Shown in pieces: positions 9,151 through 18,412 of a stretch of DNA of 26,152 bases. The notes under the pieces are model-generated. The model had not been told where the DNA came from, did no database searches, and saw only the letters and a list, made by a program, of their open reading frames with translations. Position 1 is the first letter of the stretch. Every line of letters begins with the position of its first letter. The stretch lies in assembly GCA_964014485.1 (NCBI GenBank), contig CAXHAT010000111.1, positions 1 through 26,152 of the forward strand, read 5' to 3'. Origin of the DNA: an uncultured Deferribacteres bacterium. Lineage in GTDB: Bacteria > Zhuqueibacterota > Zhuqueibacteria > Zhuqueibacterales > Geothermadaptataceae. The translations under genes and the position numbers were made by a program.

Positions 9151-9612
9151 TCACTCTGAAATGTCATCTTCGCGGCTTACGCCATTTTCTCCGTTCGTAT
9201 CCAGAATCGCCAGGTATTCTTCAGGCGTGCAAACCGTGATTTCGCTTCCGGCTGTATAATCTTTCTTGTTTCTGGTGATGATAAAATCAATTTGCCGGCT
9301 TCTGGAGGAATAATATTGCAGCGCGTCTTCAAAATCAGAAAAGTTTGAGTTCAAGGCCTGGTCGATATTCGCGCTGTCCATCGGTAAAACATCGACGATG
9401 ATTCTCAGCTTCCGCAGGCTCTGGAGCGCGTAGTCTTTCGATTTGAGTTTTCCGAGAATGTAATGAATATTGGCAAACACAAGAGGCGTTGTGTACCCCA
9501 GAACTTTTTTCTGTTCACACAGCGTCAAAATCCGGGCGGAATGTTCGTAAAACGGCTGTCTTTTCGCAAATACATCGAGAATGACATCGGAATCGATGAA
9601 GATTTTGTGCAT
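9151..9612 (-). CDS. PIN-domain protein (VapC-like, PIN_3 type) toxin
   Basis: KIFIDSDVILD, SDFEDALQYYS, IITRNKKDY, TPEEY acidic-residue pattern; start overlaps the upstream stop (TGATG at 9610-9614). Confidence 0.9.
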   Translation of the reverse strand: MHKIFIDSDVILDVFAKRQPFYEHSARILTLCEQKKVLGYTTPLVFANIHYILGKLKSKDYALQSLRKLRIIVDVLPMDSANIDQALNSNFSDFEDALQYYSSRSRQIDFIITRNKKDYTAGSEITVCTPEEYLAILDTNGENGVSREDDISE

Positions 9613-9854
9613 CAGTCATACTTCTCGATAAGATGTTTCGTGTATTCTTCTTTAAGGTCGAACATATCGGGCAGCTCAATTATGCCGGACAGCTCTTCTA
9701 CAATTGGGGACATTTTTGGGGGGGCGTTTTCTTTCGCAAGGACTCTGAAATAGTTTTCCACCAATGCGGACAAACTGGTCTGGTGCGTCTTGGCATAAAG
9801 CTTCGCCATGTCGATAGCGTCTTTGTTGAGTTGCAATGTCAGTTTTGTATTCAT
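9612..9854 (-). CDS. DUF6364-like antitoxin (probable RHH-type) coupled to the PIN toxin
   Basis: MNTKLTLQLNKDAIDMAKLYAKTHQTSLSALVENYF...SPIVEELSGII...HLIEKY; GGAG RBS at 9861-9864. Confidence 0.85.
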   Translation of the reverse strand: MNTKLTLQLNKDAIDMAKLYAKTHQTSLSALVENYFRVLAKENAPPKMSPIVEELSGIIELPDMFDLKEEYTKHLIEKYD

Positions 9855-9871
9855 GAAATTCTCCATGGTTT

Positions 9872-9909
9872 TACGTGTAAAATATAGATTCGATATACGT
9901 GCAACGCAA
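9872..9909 (-). promoter_or_regulatory. Sigma70-type promoter of the antitoxin-PIN operon with candidate operator repeats
   Basis: Minus strand TTGCGT (9904-9909) -17 nt- TATATT (9881-9886); direct repeats TACGTGTAA (9872-9880) and TACGTGCAA (9896-9904) flank the -10 box. Confidence 0.55.
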
Positions 9910-9968
9910 GGGCAATATACTATTTTATTGAATCTGAAAGGTGTAATGGGGAAACGCAAGAGGCGAAG

Positions 9969-10196
9969 CTAAGAAGGAGCTTTATTGACGATCTTCCGTC
10001 ACGCATCTTTTCAGGGAATGATGCTGCCCGGATTGTTGTCCAGCAATTCGAGACGACGATCCAAATCTTTCTTTTGCGCTTCGGTGAGAGGCATTTTATC
10101 CGCATCGGTCTGAAGGCTTTGCCAGATCACAGCAATTAAGTCCAGTCGATCATCGACCGATAGTTGTGCGAGATTTTCGAGCTTTAATGTGTCCAT
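9969..10196 (-). pseudogene. Addiction module component (TIGR02574-like antitoxin), truncated by in-frame TGA codons
   Basis: MDTLKLENLAQLSVDDRLDLIAVIWQSL...LTEAQKKDLDRRL...NPGSIIP*KDA*RKIVNKAPS*; TGA at 10011-10013 (where the family has W) and at 9999-10001. Confidence 0.7.
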
Positions 10197-10384
10197 GATC
10201 GAATGATAGGGAGACGATAAGATAAAAGCCAGAATTTTCTCGTTATAGCAGATCGAATCGTCAATTTTGCGCAAACGCATGTACCGTGGCGGCAAAATTT
10301 GCATTGTATTTGGTGGGATTTTATCGCTTCTTTTCAAATGCTGATAAACCGCATTTCAGACAAGAGTTCAATCTGTTAACAACA

Positions 10385-11443
10385 ATGAAAACGGCTATTT
10401 TACTATCCGGTGGGGTGGACAGTTCGGTTGCGCTGGCGCTGCTCAGGGCGCGGGGATTTACCGATGTCACCGCGTTTTATCTCAAAATCTGGCTTGAGGA
10501 CGAGCTAGCTTACCTCGGCGACTGTCCGTGGGAAACCGATCTCGAATATGCACGGGCGGTGTGCGATATGATGGACGTACCGCTCGAAATCGTGCCGCTG
10601 CAATCGGAATATTTTGCGCGTGTTGTGGAGCATACCGTCGCGGAATTACGCGCGGGGCGGACTCCGAGTCCGGACATTCTTTGCAATCAACGCATCAAGT
10701 TCGGCGAGTTTTTTAAGAAAATTGATCCAGCGTTTGAAAAAGTCGCGACGGGACACTACGCGCAGGTTGTGGAAGAAAACGGCGTTTTTCGCCTGAAACG
10801 CGCACCCGACCCAGTGAAAGATCAAACGTATTTTTTATCTCATCTCGACCAATCTCAGCTCAGCCGGGCGCTTTTCCCGATAGGCCATTTGACGAAAAAT
10901 GAAGTGCGACAAAAAGCGATTGAGTTCAATTTGCCGACGAAAGATCGCAAAGACAGTCAGGGCATTTGTTTTCTAGGCAAAATCCAATATCCTGAGTTTG
11001 TGCGGTTCCATCTTGGCGAGAAAGACGGCGCGATTGTCGAAATTGAAACGGGAAAAGAATTGGGGCGGCATTCCGGCTACTGGTTTTACACTATCGGACA
11101 AAGGCAAGGCCTCGGCTTGGGGAACGGTCCCTGGTTTGTGATCGGCAAAAACGTCGAAAAAAATATCGTTTACGTTTCACACAAGGAGAATTTTTCGGCC
11201 AAGACGAGAAATCAATTTCTTGTGACCAACATCAATTGGATTGGTGAAGCGCCGTCGCGCGAAGATTTGCGCGTCAAAATCCGCCACGGACGCGAGTTTT
11301 TCGATTGCCGCGCTGAAAGAAACGGCGTTGAAACGGATCGCCGCGTGACCATCTCGCAAAAGGACGGCGGCATTGCGCCCGGACAATACGCCATTTTTTA
11401 TGAAGATGAATTTTGTCTTGGCGGGGGCTTTATCGCTGAGTAA
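10385..11443 (+). CDS. mnmA: tRNA 2-thiouridine(34) synthase MnmA
   Basis: SGGVDS PP-loop, PSPDILCNQRIKF, ATGHYA, KDQTYFL, KDSQGICF, TIGQRQGLG, APGQYAIFY, CLGGG. Confidence 0.97.
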   Translation: MKTAILLSGGVDSSVALALLRARGFTDVTAFYLKIWLEDELAYLGDCPWETDLEYARAVCDMMDVPLEIVPLQSEYFARVVEHTVAELRAGRTPSPDILCNQRIKFGEFFKKIDPAFEKVATGHYAQVVEENGVFRLKRAPDPVKDQTYFLSHLDQSQLSRALFPIGHLTKNEVRQKAIEFNLPTKDRKDSQGICFLGKIQYPEFVRFHLGEKDGAIVEIETGKELGRHSGYWFYTIGQRQGLGLGNGPWFVIGKNVEKNIVYVSHKENFSAKTRNQFLVTNINWIGEAPSREDLRVKIRHGREFFDCRAERNGVETDRRVTISQKDGGIAPGQYAIFYEDEFCLGGGFIAE

Positions 11444-11561
11444 ACAGTCTCGTTTGATTGTTTGCAGTTGCGTGAGAACGTTGTTTTCCTACCTTCTGAT
11501 TCAACCTTTGAAATTTGCAAAGCTGCATGAGTCGTCTGACTAATATTTGTAGGAGGGAGAT

Positions 11562-12314
11562 ATGCGAGCACGCGATATAGAAAGTTACGAACGAGATTTT
11601 CGGCGCAACGGGAGAGACAGCGACGGTAAGACGCACAGTTTGCGCTCGATTGCCGTGTCAATTCCCGGCGACGCTGAGAAACTGAATGTCGTCGTTTGCC
11701 AACCGGCAAATGGAGATAGATCGTATTACTACAAAGATCAGCCGGTCAAGCAACGCGTCGTGATTCATTTTACCGCCGGATATCTTAAAGGTGACGTCGC
11801 TACTTTAACCAAAAAAGATTACCACGTTTCCGTGCCGTTTCTCGTGGCGCGCGACGGGACAATTTACAACTTATTTAGCTCAAAAAATTGGTCCTACCAC
11901 TTGGGCCCCGGCGCTAAAGGCGGCAATAAGACGATGAGCAAGTCATCAATTGGTATTGAAATTTCGAATATTGGTCCGCTTACGCGAAGCGGTAATAACC
12001 TCAACACGATTTACGGCCAAACATATTGCAGCCTTGACGAGAGGCAATTTTACGATAAAAAATCCTACCGGAACTACGACTACTACGCGACCTATACAGA
12101 CGCGCAATACAAGAGCCTTGTTCCGCTGCTTCGCTACGCCACCGGGGCGTACCATATTCCAAGACAATTCCTGAATTCGCAAAAACGCTACAACACGCTC
12201 GACGAAATCACACAGTTTTTCGGTGTAACCAGTCACGTCAATTTTCGCAGCGACAAGTATGATATTGGCCCGGCTTTTGACTGGAATCGCGTGATTTCCG
12301 GTGTGACCGCCTGA
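11562..12314 (+). CDS. N-acetylmuramoyl-L-alanine amidase (Amidase_2 family)
   Basis: VVIHFTAG, FLVARDGTIY, SYHLG, SIGIEISN, TDAQYKSL, SHVNFRSDKYDIGPAFDW; AGGAGG RBS. Confidence 0.88.
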   Translation: MRARDIESYERDFRRNGRDSDGKTHSLRSIAVSIPGDAEKLNVVVCQPANGDRSYYYKDQPVKQRVVIHFTAGYLKGDVATLTKKDYHVSVPFLVARDGTIYNLFSSKNWSYHLGPGAKGGNKTMSKSSIGIEISNIGPLTRSGNNLNTIYGQTYCSLDERQFYDKKSYRNYDYYATYTDAQYKSLVPLLRYATGAYHIPRQFLNSQKRYNTLDEITQFFGVTSHVNFRSDKYDIGPAFDWNRVISGVTA

Positions 12315-12405
12315 CGAAAAAATACAAATCAAAGCAAAATTCGGATTCGCAATTAGCGACGTAACGGGATCGAATTTTCACGTGTTGTGCTCAAGTTTCA
12401 ATTTC

Positions 12406-12434
12406 TTGACAGTGAGTGAATAGAACCGTATATT
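12406..12434 (+). promoter_or_regulatory. Sigma70-type promoter upstream of mtaB-miaB
   Basis: TTGACA (12406-12411) -17 nt- TATATT (12429-12434). Confidence 0.7.
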
Positions 12435-12507
12435 CGCAAGTTTTAAAAAAGAGTACCCGACGGGTGGCCTAAGACTTTGATTTTTTTAGACAAATTTAAT
12501 ATAGATC

Positions 12508-13824
12508 GTGGACAATTCCAGCTTACGTGCTTCTTTCCATACATTGGGCTGTCGCCTCAATCAGGCGGAGACCGCTCTCATCGCAAATCGTTTTCGGGAT
12601 AATGGCTATCGAATTGTCGATTTTGGCGAACATGCAGACGTTTGCGTGATCAATACTTGCACGGTTACCGATCAGGCGGATGCAAAATGTCGTCAGGCCG
12701 TTCGGCAGACGCTGAGAAATAATCCTGATACTTACGTTGCAGTCGTCGGCTGTTATGCGCAGACCGGTACTCAAGCATTGAGTAAAATTGACGGAGTCGA
12801 TCTCATTGTCGGCTCGCAGGATAAGCTTGATGTTTTGAATTATATCGATGCTCCCGTTAAAAACGACTCTCCAGCAATCATCAAAACCAAATTTTCCCGC
12901 CAGCCTTTCACGATTGAGCCTTCGTTAGCGAAGCTGCCCACGACGCGCGCCAATTTGAAAATTCAAGACGGCTGCGATTTTATGTGCAGCTTTTGCCTCA
13001 TTCCGTTCGCCCGCGGACGAGCACGTAGCCGTGCGTTCTGGGATATCCAGCGAGAAGCGCAGCAATTGGTCGATTCTGGGTACCAGGAATTGGTTTTGAC
13101 TGGGGTCAACATCGGCACCTACCGATTTGAAGAAAAAGGCTTCCTCGACGTTGTTAAAATGCTTTTGAAAATTCCTGCTCTGGAGCGACTCCGGATCAGC
13201 AGCATCGAGCCGACGACCATTCCTGAAGAAATTTTGCATTTAATGGCTGATTCCGACAAGCTTTGCCCGCATTTGCACATTCCGTTGCAGAGCGGCGACG
13301 ACGGCGTCTTGAATCGAATGAAGCGGCTTTACACACGCAGAGAGTTTTTGGATTTTATTGAGAAAGCCGAGAGAATCGTACCCGATGTTTTGATTGGCAC
13401 GGACGTGATCGTCGGGTTCCCAGGTGAGGACGACGCGGCTTTTGAAGAAAGTTGCCGAGTCATGCAAGATTCGCCGATGGCTTACGCGCATGTTTTTACA
13501 TATTCGCAAAGAAAGGGGACTGCTGCAACACGTCTTGATTCGCATGTGGAAGCCAGGATAAAAAAGGAGCGCCGCAAGCGTCTCCAGCGCATTTCCGATG
13601 AAGAGAAAAAGCGGTTTTATGCAAAATTTATTGGCCGCAAATTGCGTGTGCTCGTTGAAGAACGCGACCGCCATGAACGCTGGACGGGATTTTCGGACAA
13701 TTATATCAAAGTGGCGTTTGAGAATGCTGAGCTTACGTCAAACGAATTTGTCTCGGCGACTCTTGGCGCGGTTGAAGACGGAGCGGCGATTGGGGACATA
13801 TCAAAAGAAGAATTTGTGCAATGA
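12508..13824 (+). CDS. mtaB: tRNA t6A37 methylthiotransferase MtaB (radical SAM)
   Basis: TLGCRLNQAET, INTCTVT, KIQDGCDFMCSFC (CxxxCxxC), LTGVNIG, RLRISSIEP, HVFTYS. Confidence 0.93.
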   Translation: MDNSSLRASFHTLGCRLNQAETALIANRFRDNGYRIVDFGEHADVCVINTCTVTDQADAKCRQAVRQTLRNNPDTYVAVVGCYAQTGTQALSKIDGVDLIVGSQDKLDVLNYIDAPVKNDSPAIIKTKFSRQPFTIEPSLAKLPTTRANLKIQDGCDFMCSFCLIPFARGRARSRAFWDIQREAQQLVDSGYQELVLTGVNIGTYRFEEKGFLDVVKMLLKIPALERLRISSIEPTTIPEEILHLMADSDKLCPHLHIPLQSGDDGVLNRMKRLYTRREFLDFIEKAERIVPDVLIGTDVIVGFPGEDDAAFEESCRVMQDSPMAYAHVFTYSQRKGTAATRLDSHVEARIKKERRKRLQRISDEEKKRFYAKFIGRKLRVLVEERDRHERWTGFSDNYIKVAFENAELTSNEFVSATLGAVEDGAAIGDISKEEFVQ

Positions 13825-15161
13825 AAGTATATCTCGAAACTTACGGCTGCCAGATGAATGAGTATGATTCCGAGCTCATTCGTTCGATCATGACGCAGCA
13901 GAAATATCAGTTCGTCACAGCGCAAGATCAGGCCGATATTGTACTTCTAAATACATGCGCCATCCGCGAAAATGCGCATCAGAAAGTTTACAACCGTTTG
14001 GATCAGTTGAAAGGCCAGAAACGCCGCGGTGAAGTTAAGGTTGTTGGCGTCTTGGGTTGCATGGCGCAATCGCTGCGCAAGAATTTGCCGGAAAAAGCGC
14101 CGTTTGTTGATCTGGTCGCCGGGCCGGACAGTTACAAACGTCTGCCGGAGTTGATTCGCGCTTCGCGGGATTCGGAAAAAGTCGCGATGGACTTTTCGCT
14201 TTCCGAGTTTGAGACCTATTCCGAGATTGCTCCGAAACGGGTGCCGGGCGTCAATGCCTGGATCGCGATTATGCGCGGTTGTGATAATTTTTGTACGTTT
14301 TGCGTCGTGCCGTATACGCGCGGTCGGGAGCGCAGTCGTTCTCCAGAGAACATTGTTGCTGAGGCGCACCGCATCGTCTCCGAAGGCTTTAAGCAAGTCA
14401 CTTTGCTGGGACAAAATGTGAATTCCTTTGCTTACGATGATCAGGATTTTGCCGATTTGATGCTGCAAACGGCGGCGGTGCCCGGATTGGAGAGAATCCG
14501 TTTTACTTCCCCGCACCCCAAGGATTTTCCCCGAAAACTGCTTCATATAATTGCTGATCACGAGAACTTGTGCAAGCATATCCATTTGCCGCTGCAGGCT
14601 GGAAACGACGCCGTTTTGGAACGGATGAACAGAACTTACACCAAAAAGGAATTTCTCGATCTCGTCGATGAAATTCGCGAAATTTTACCGGACGTTTCTT
14701 TGACGACGGACGTAATCTGCGGCTTCAGCGGCGAATCGGACGCAGATTTCGAAGATACCGTGGAAGTGATGGAAGAGGTCGAATTTGATTCGGCGTTTAT
14801 TTTTAAATACAGCGAACGCAAAAATACCATCGCTTCACGAAGATTCGAAGATGACGTGCCTGACGAAGCCAAAACCGAGCGCGTTATGCGATTGAATGAG
14901 ATTCAGCGCAGCATCTCGAAACGCCGCAATGAAGCGGAGGTTGGCAAAGAATTCGAAGTGCTGATCGAATCGAAAAGCAAGAAGAATCCGAATGAGTGGT
15001 TGGGGAGAACCGACCACAACAAAGGCGTGGTTTTTTCTGCGCCGAGCAAACAGCCGGGCGATTTGGTTAGAGTCAAGATAAACGCGGCCGGAACTTATAC
15101 TTTGCTTGGCGAAACGATTGGGGAGCCTGTGCGGCTGAACGTTTTAAACAATTTGAATTGA
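13821..15161 (+). CDS. miaB: tRNA i6A37 methylthiotransferase MiaB (radical SAM)
   Basis: TYGCQMNEYDSE, NTCAIRENA, GCDNFCTFCVVPYTRGRERSR, LLGQNVNS, RFTSPHP, C-terminal TRAM domain; ATGA overlap with mtaB. Confidence 0.96.
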   Translation: MKVYLETYGCQMNEYDSELIRSIMTQQKYQFVTAQDQADIVLLNTCAIRENAHQKVYNRLDQLKGQKRRGEVKVVGVLGCMAQSLRKNLPEKAPFVDLVAGPDSYKRLPELIRASRDSEKVAMDFSLSEFETYSEIAPKRVPGVNAWIAIMRGCDNFCTFCVVPYTRGRERSRSPENIVAEAHRIVSEGFKQVTLLGQNVNSFAYDDQDFADLMLQTAAVPGLERIRFTSPHPKDFPRKLLHIIADHENLCKHIHLPLQAGNDAVLERMNRTYTKKEFLDLVDEIREILPDVSLTTDVICGFSGESDADFEDTVEVMEEVEFDSAFIFKYSERKNTIASRRFEDDVPDEAKTERVMRLNEIQRSISKRRNEAEVGKEFEVLIESKSKKNPNEWLGRTDHNKGVVFSAPSKQPGDLVRVKINAAGTYTLLGETIGEPVRLNVLNNLN

Positions 15162-15177
15162 GCGTAGAGGAGAAGCG

Positions 15178-16341
15178 GTGAATCCGAATCCATTTGATTT
15201 TTATGATATAAACGACTTGCTGACTGATGAACAAAGACAAGTTCAGGCAAGCGTTCGAGATTTTGCCAAAAAGGAACTTTTACCGATCATTCGCGACCAT
15301 TTTCGCGACGCGACTTTCCCAAAACACATGGCGAAGGTCTTTGGCGAACTGGGTTTTCTGGGCTCAAATCTTCAAGGCTACGGCTGTGCGGGATTGGACA
15401 ATATCGCCTACGGTTTGATCATGCGAGAGCTTGAGTACGTTGACAGCGGCGTGCGCAGCTTTGCATCGGTTCAGGGCGCTTTAGTGATGTATCCGATTTA
15501 CACCTTTGGCTCAGACGCTCAAAAAGAAAAATATCTGCCGAAATTATCCAGCGGCGAATGGATTGGCTGTTTTGGATTGACTGAGCCGGATTTTGGCTCC
15601 AATCCCGGCGGGATGATCACTCGTGCGGAGCGAACCAGCGACGGCTACAAGCTCAATGGCCGCAAAATGTGGATCACCAACGCATCGATGGCGGACGTGG
15701 CTGTTATCTGGGCCAAGCTCGATGGAAATGTTCGCGGTTTTGTCGTTGATACCGAAACACAGGGATTTACCGCAAAGCCAATGCACGGCAAATTGTCATT
15801 GCGCGCTTCGGACACTTCCGAAATTTTGCTCGATGATTGTCATGTCCCGGATGATGCGATTTTGCCGAGCTCTGACGGTCTGAAGTCGCCGCTCTCGTGC
15901 CTAACGCAGGCGCGCTACGGCATTTCCTGGGGCGTTATCGGCGCCGCGATTGCCTGCTACGAAGAGGCGCTGAACTATTCCAAGGGGCGCATTATTTTTG
16001 ATCATCCGCTGGCGACTTATCAACTGACTCAGGAAAAATTCGCGCACATGGTTTCGGAAATAACAAAAATGCAGCTTGTTTCCTTCAGGTTGGGACAGTT
16101 GAAGGAGTCCGGGAACATGCACCACGCTCAAGTGAGTCTTGCCAAGCGAAACAATTGCCTTCACGCTTTGGAAATCGCGCGCATGTGTCGTGAAATTTTA
16201 GGCGCAAATGGAATCATGGATGATTACGTTGCCATGCGTCATGCGAATAATCTCGAAACAGTAAAAACATACGAAGGCACGCACGAAATTCACACGCTCG
16301 TGCTTGGTCAGGCAACCACGGGATTGTCCGCTTTTCGTTAA
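15178..16341 (+). CDS. gcdH: Acyl-CoA dehydrogenase, glutaryl-CoA dehydrogenase-like
   Basis: YGLIMRELEYVDSGVRSFASVQGALVM, GCFGLTEPDFGSNPG, CLTQARYGISWG, TYEGTHEIHTLVLG. Confidence 0.85.
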   Translation: MNPNPFDFYDINDLLTDEQRQVQASVRDFAKKELLPIIRDHFRDATFPKHMAKVFGELGFLGSNLQGYGCAGLDNIAYGLIMRELEYVDSGVRSFASVQGALVMYPIYTFGSDAQKEKYLPKLSSGEWIGCFGLTEPDFGSNPGGMITRAERTSDGYKLNGRKMWITNASMADVAVIWAKLDGNVRGFVVDTETQGFTAKPMHGKLSLRASDTSEILLDDCHVPDDAILPSSDGLKSPLSCLTQARYGISWGVIGAAIACYEEALNYSKGRIIFDHPLATYQLTQEKFAHMVSEITKMQLVSFRLGQLKESGNMHHAQVSLAKRNNCLHALEIARMCREILGANGIMDDYVAMRHANNLETVKTYEGTHEIHTLVLGQATTGLSAFR

Positions 16342-16389
16342 GACGGCACTTTTTAAGGATGAATTTTCAAACAGGAATGTTTTTGAAAT

Positions 16390-16788
16390 ATGTCTGAGAA
16401 TACCGAAAAATTGACGTTCGGCCAAAAGCTGGAGCTTTTGGTGCGATTGATTAATAAGCAAAAAATCAGATCTTTTCTCGATACGCTTTCAACGCAACAA
16501 CTGGTGCAAGCGCATCATTTCTTGTGGGATACGATGGTCGAGTTTCACGTCCGAACGCAGGATCGCGAGTTTCGCCGAGAGGAAGTGACCGGCAAAATGA
16601 TTCCTGCCGCCAAGTATCAAAAAATGCAAGGATGTGACCTGCGGATAGACTATTGCAAAGGCGTTGAATGCATCTGGTCGAACCCGATCTGCGCTGGTAA
16701 TAAAGTCAAAATCAACATGGAAGTTATGGCGCAGCAGGTTGCGCAATACCTGAGCGGGGAGAGTGTTGAACTGAGCTCAGTAGCTTAG
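16390..16788 (+). CDS. Hypothetical protein with C-x6-C-x4-C-x6-C motif
   Basis: 132-aa ORF filling the gap between co-directional genes; no family recognised. Confidence 0.7.
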   Translation: MSENTEKLTFGQKLELLVRLINKQKIRSFLDTLSTQQLVQAHHFLWDTMVEFHVRTQDREFRREEVTGKMIPAAKYQKMQGCDLRIDYCKGVECIWSNPICAGNKVKINMEVMAQQVAQYLSGESVELSSVA

Positions 16789-16836
16789 TCGTTCTTGCGG
16801 ATTAAAGCGTCGTATTGGTTGTAAGAAATTCAAAGT

Positions 16837-18381
16837 ATGAATATAGAAGCTATCATTATTGCCGTTATCGCGTTTGCCGTTGGAGTCGTGATTGGAGGGT
16901 TTATCATTCATTCGCGATTAAAACTTGCTAAACAGACAGCCGCTGACATGCTTTCGGAAGCACAAAAAAGCATCGAGCGCGAAAAGAAACAAACGATTCT
17001 CAAGGCTAAAGAGGAATGGTTGCAGCAGCGCGACAAGCAAGAAGATCAGATCAAAAAAGAGCTGGAAAAGCTTGAAGAAGCTGAAAAGAAGATACTCGAG
17101 AATGAGCGAAAAGTAAATCGGAAGGAAGACAAGCTCAAAGAGCGAGAAAGAGCGGCGGATCAACGACACAATGAATTAGAGCAGGAGCGGGAAGCCATTA
17201 CTCACCGCCGGAAAAGCCTTCAGCAAACAATTGATCGGCAAAATACTGAGCTTGCTCGCTTGTCCAGTTTGTCGTTAGATGAAGCCAAAGCGAAATTGCT
17301 GGAGAACCTAAAGAAAAAATTCCAGGGCGACGCCGCGAATATTTACAAAACGTTGGTTGATGAGGCAAAGGCTAACGCCAACAAAGAAGCGCGGAAGCTG
17401 ATCATCTATGCCATCGAACGACAATCTTCCGAATATGCTTCGGAAAGCAGCGTCGCGGTCGTAAATCTTCCGTCTGAAGAAGTCAAAGGAAGAATCATCG
17501 GTCGGGAAGGGAGGAACATCAAATCGTTTGAGCTCGCGTCTGGCGTGAAACTCATTGTCGATGATACGCCGGAAGCGGTTGTGCTCTCTTGTTTTGATCC
17601 GGTGCAGCGTGAAATTGCCCGGGTAGCGCTGGAAAGGCTTGTTGCGAACGGGAAAATTCACCCTCAGCGAATTGAGGAAGTTTTAAAGCAAAGCGAGAAA
17701 GACGTTGACAAGCAAGTCTGGCGCGCCGGTAACGAAGCTATTGCCGAAATTGGCATCGGCAAAATTCACCCCGATCTCATTCGTGTGTTAGGACGATTAC
17801 ATTATCGTACGAGCTATGGCCAAAACGTTCTTAAGCACAGCAAGGAAGTCGCGATGTTGTGCGCATCGATGGCGGTTGAGTTAAAGCTTGATACGAAGCT
17901 GGCCAAGCGTGCGGGACTCATGCATGACATCGGTAAAGCGGTAAGTCAAAGCCAGGAAGGCACGCATACGGAACTTGGGTACAAGCTTTGCTCTAAATAC
18001 GGCGAGAATGACGTTGTGCTGAACGCGATTCTGTCGCATCACGAAGACGTGCCGGCTGACAACCTGTATTCTGTGCTTGTCGCCGCCGCGGATTCTATCA
18101 GCGGCAGCCGCCCCGGCGCACGACGTGATACGCTGGAAGGATATGTTCGGCGAATCGAAGCGCTGGAAGAAGTTGCCGAATCATTTGACGGCGTTGAAAA
18201 AAGTTATGCCATTTCCGCTGGCAGAGAAATCCGCGTCATGGTTAAGCCGGAGCAAGTTACCGACGCTGAAGCGGATTTACTTTCCAATGAAATTGCACAA
18301 AAAATACAAGAAGACCTCGACTATCCAGGGCAGGTCAAGGTGACTGTCATTCGCGAAACTCGCGCGACGGCTTACGCCTAG
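16837..18381 (+). CDS. rny: Ribonuclease Y
   Basis: N-terminal TM helix, coiled coil, KH (KGRIIGREGRNI), HD domain (RTSYGQNVLKHS, LMHDIGKA), RPGARR, YPGQVKVTVIRE. Confidence 0.97.
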   Translation: MNIEAIIIAVIAFAVGVVIGGFIIHSRLKLAKQTAADMLSEAQKSIEREKKQTILKAKEEWLQQRDKQEDQIKKELEKLEEAEKKILENERKVNRKEDKLKERERAADQRHNELEQEREAITHRRKSLQQTIDRQNTELARLSSLSLDEAKAKLLENLKKKFQGDAANIYKTLVDEAKANANKEARKLIIYAIERQSSEYASESSVAVVNLPSEEVKGRIIGREGRNIKSFELASGVKLIVDDTPEAVVLSCFDPVQREIARVALERLVANGKIHPQRIEEVLKQSEKDVDKQVWRAGNEAIAEIGIGKIHPDLIRVLGRLHYRTSYGQNVLKHSKEVAMLCASMAVELKLDTKLAKRAGLMHDIGKAVSQSQEGTHTELGYKLCSKYGENDVVLNAILSHHEDVPADNLYSVLVAAADSISGSRPGARRDTLEGYVRRIEALEEVAESFDGVEKSYAISAGREIRVMVKPEQVTDAEADLLSNEIAQKIQEDLDYPGQVKVTVIRETRATAYA

Positions 18382-18412
18382 CGAGAAGCGATTAATTCAA
18401 GGAGATTGAGCG

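Noticed and set aside
9969..10013. Alternative genetic code (TGA = Trp/Gly) or selenocysteine
   Set aside because: Many intact genes here end at TGA at expected lengths (mtaB, miaB, ccmE, add, RND2), and the two TGAs correspond to different expected residues.
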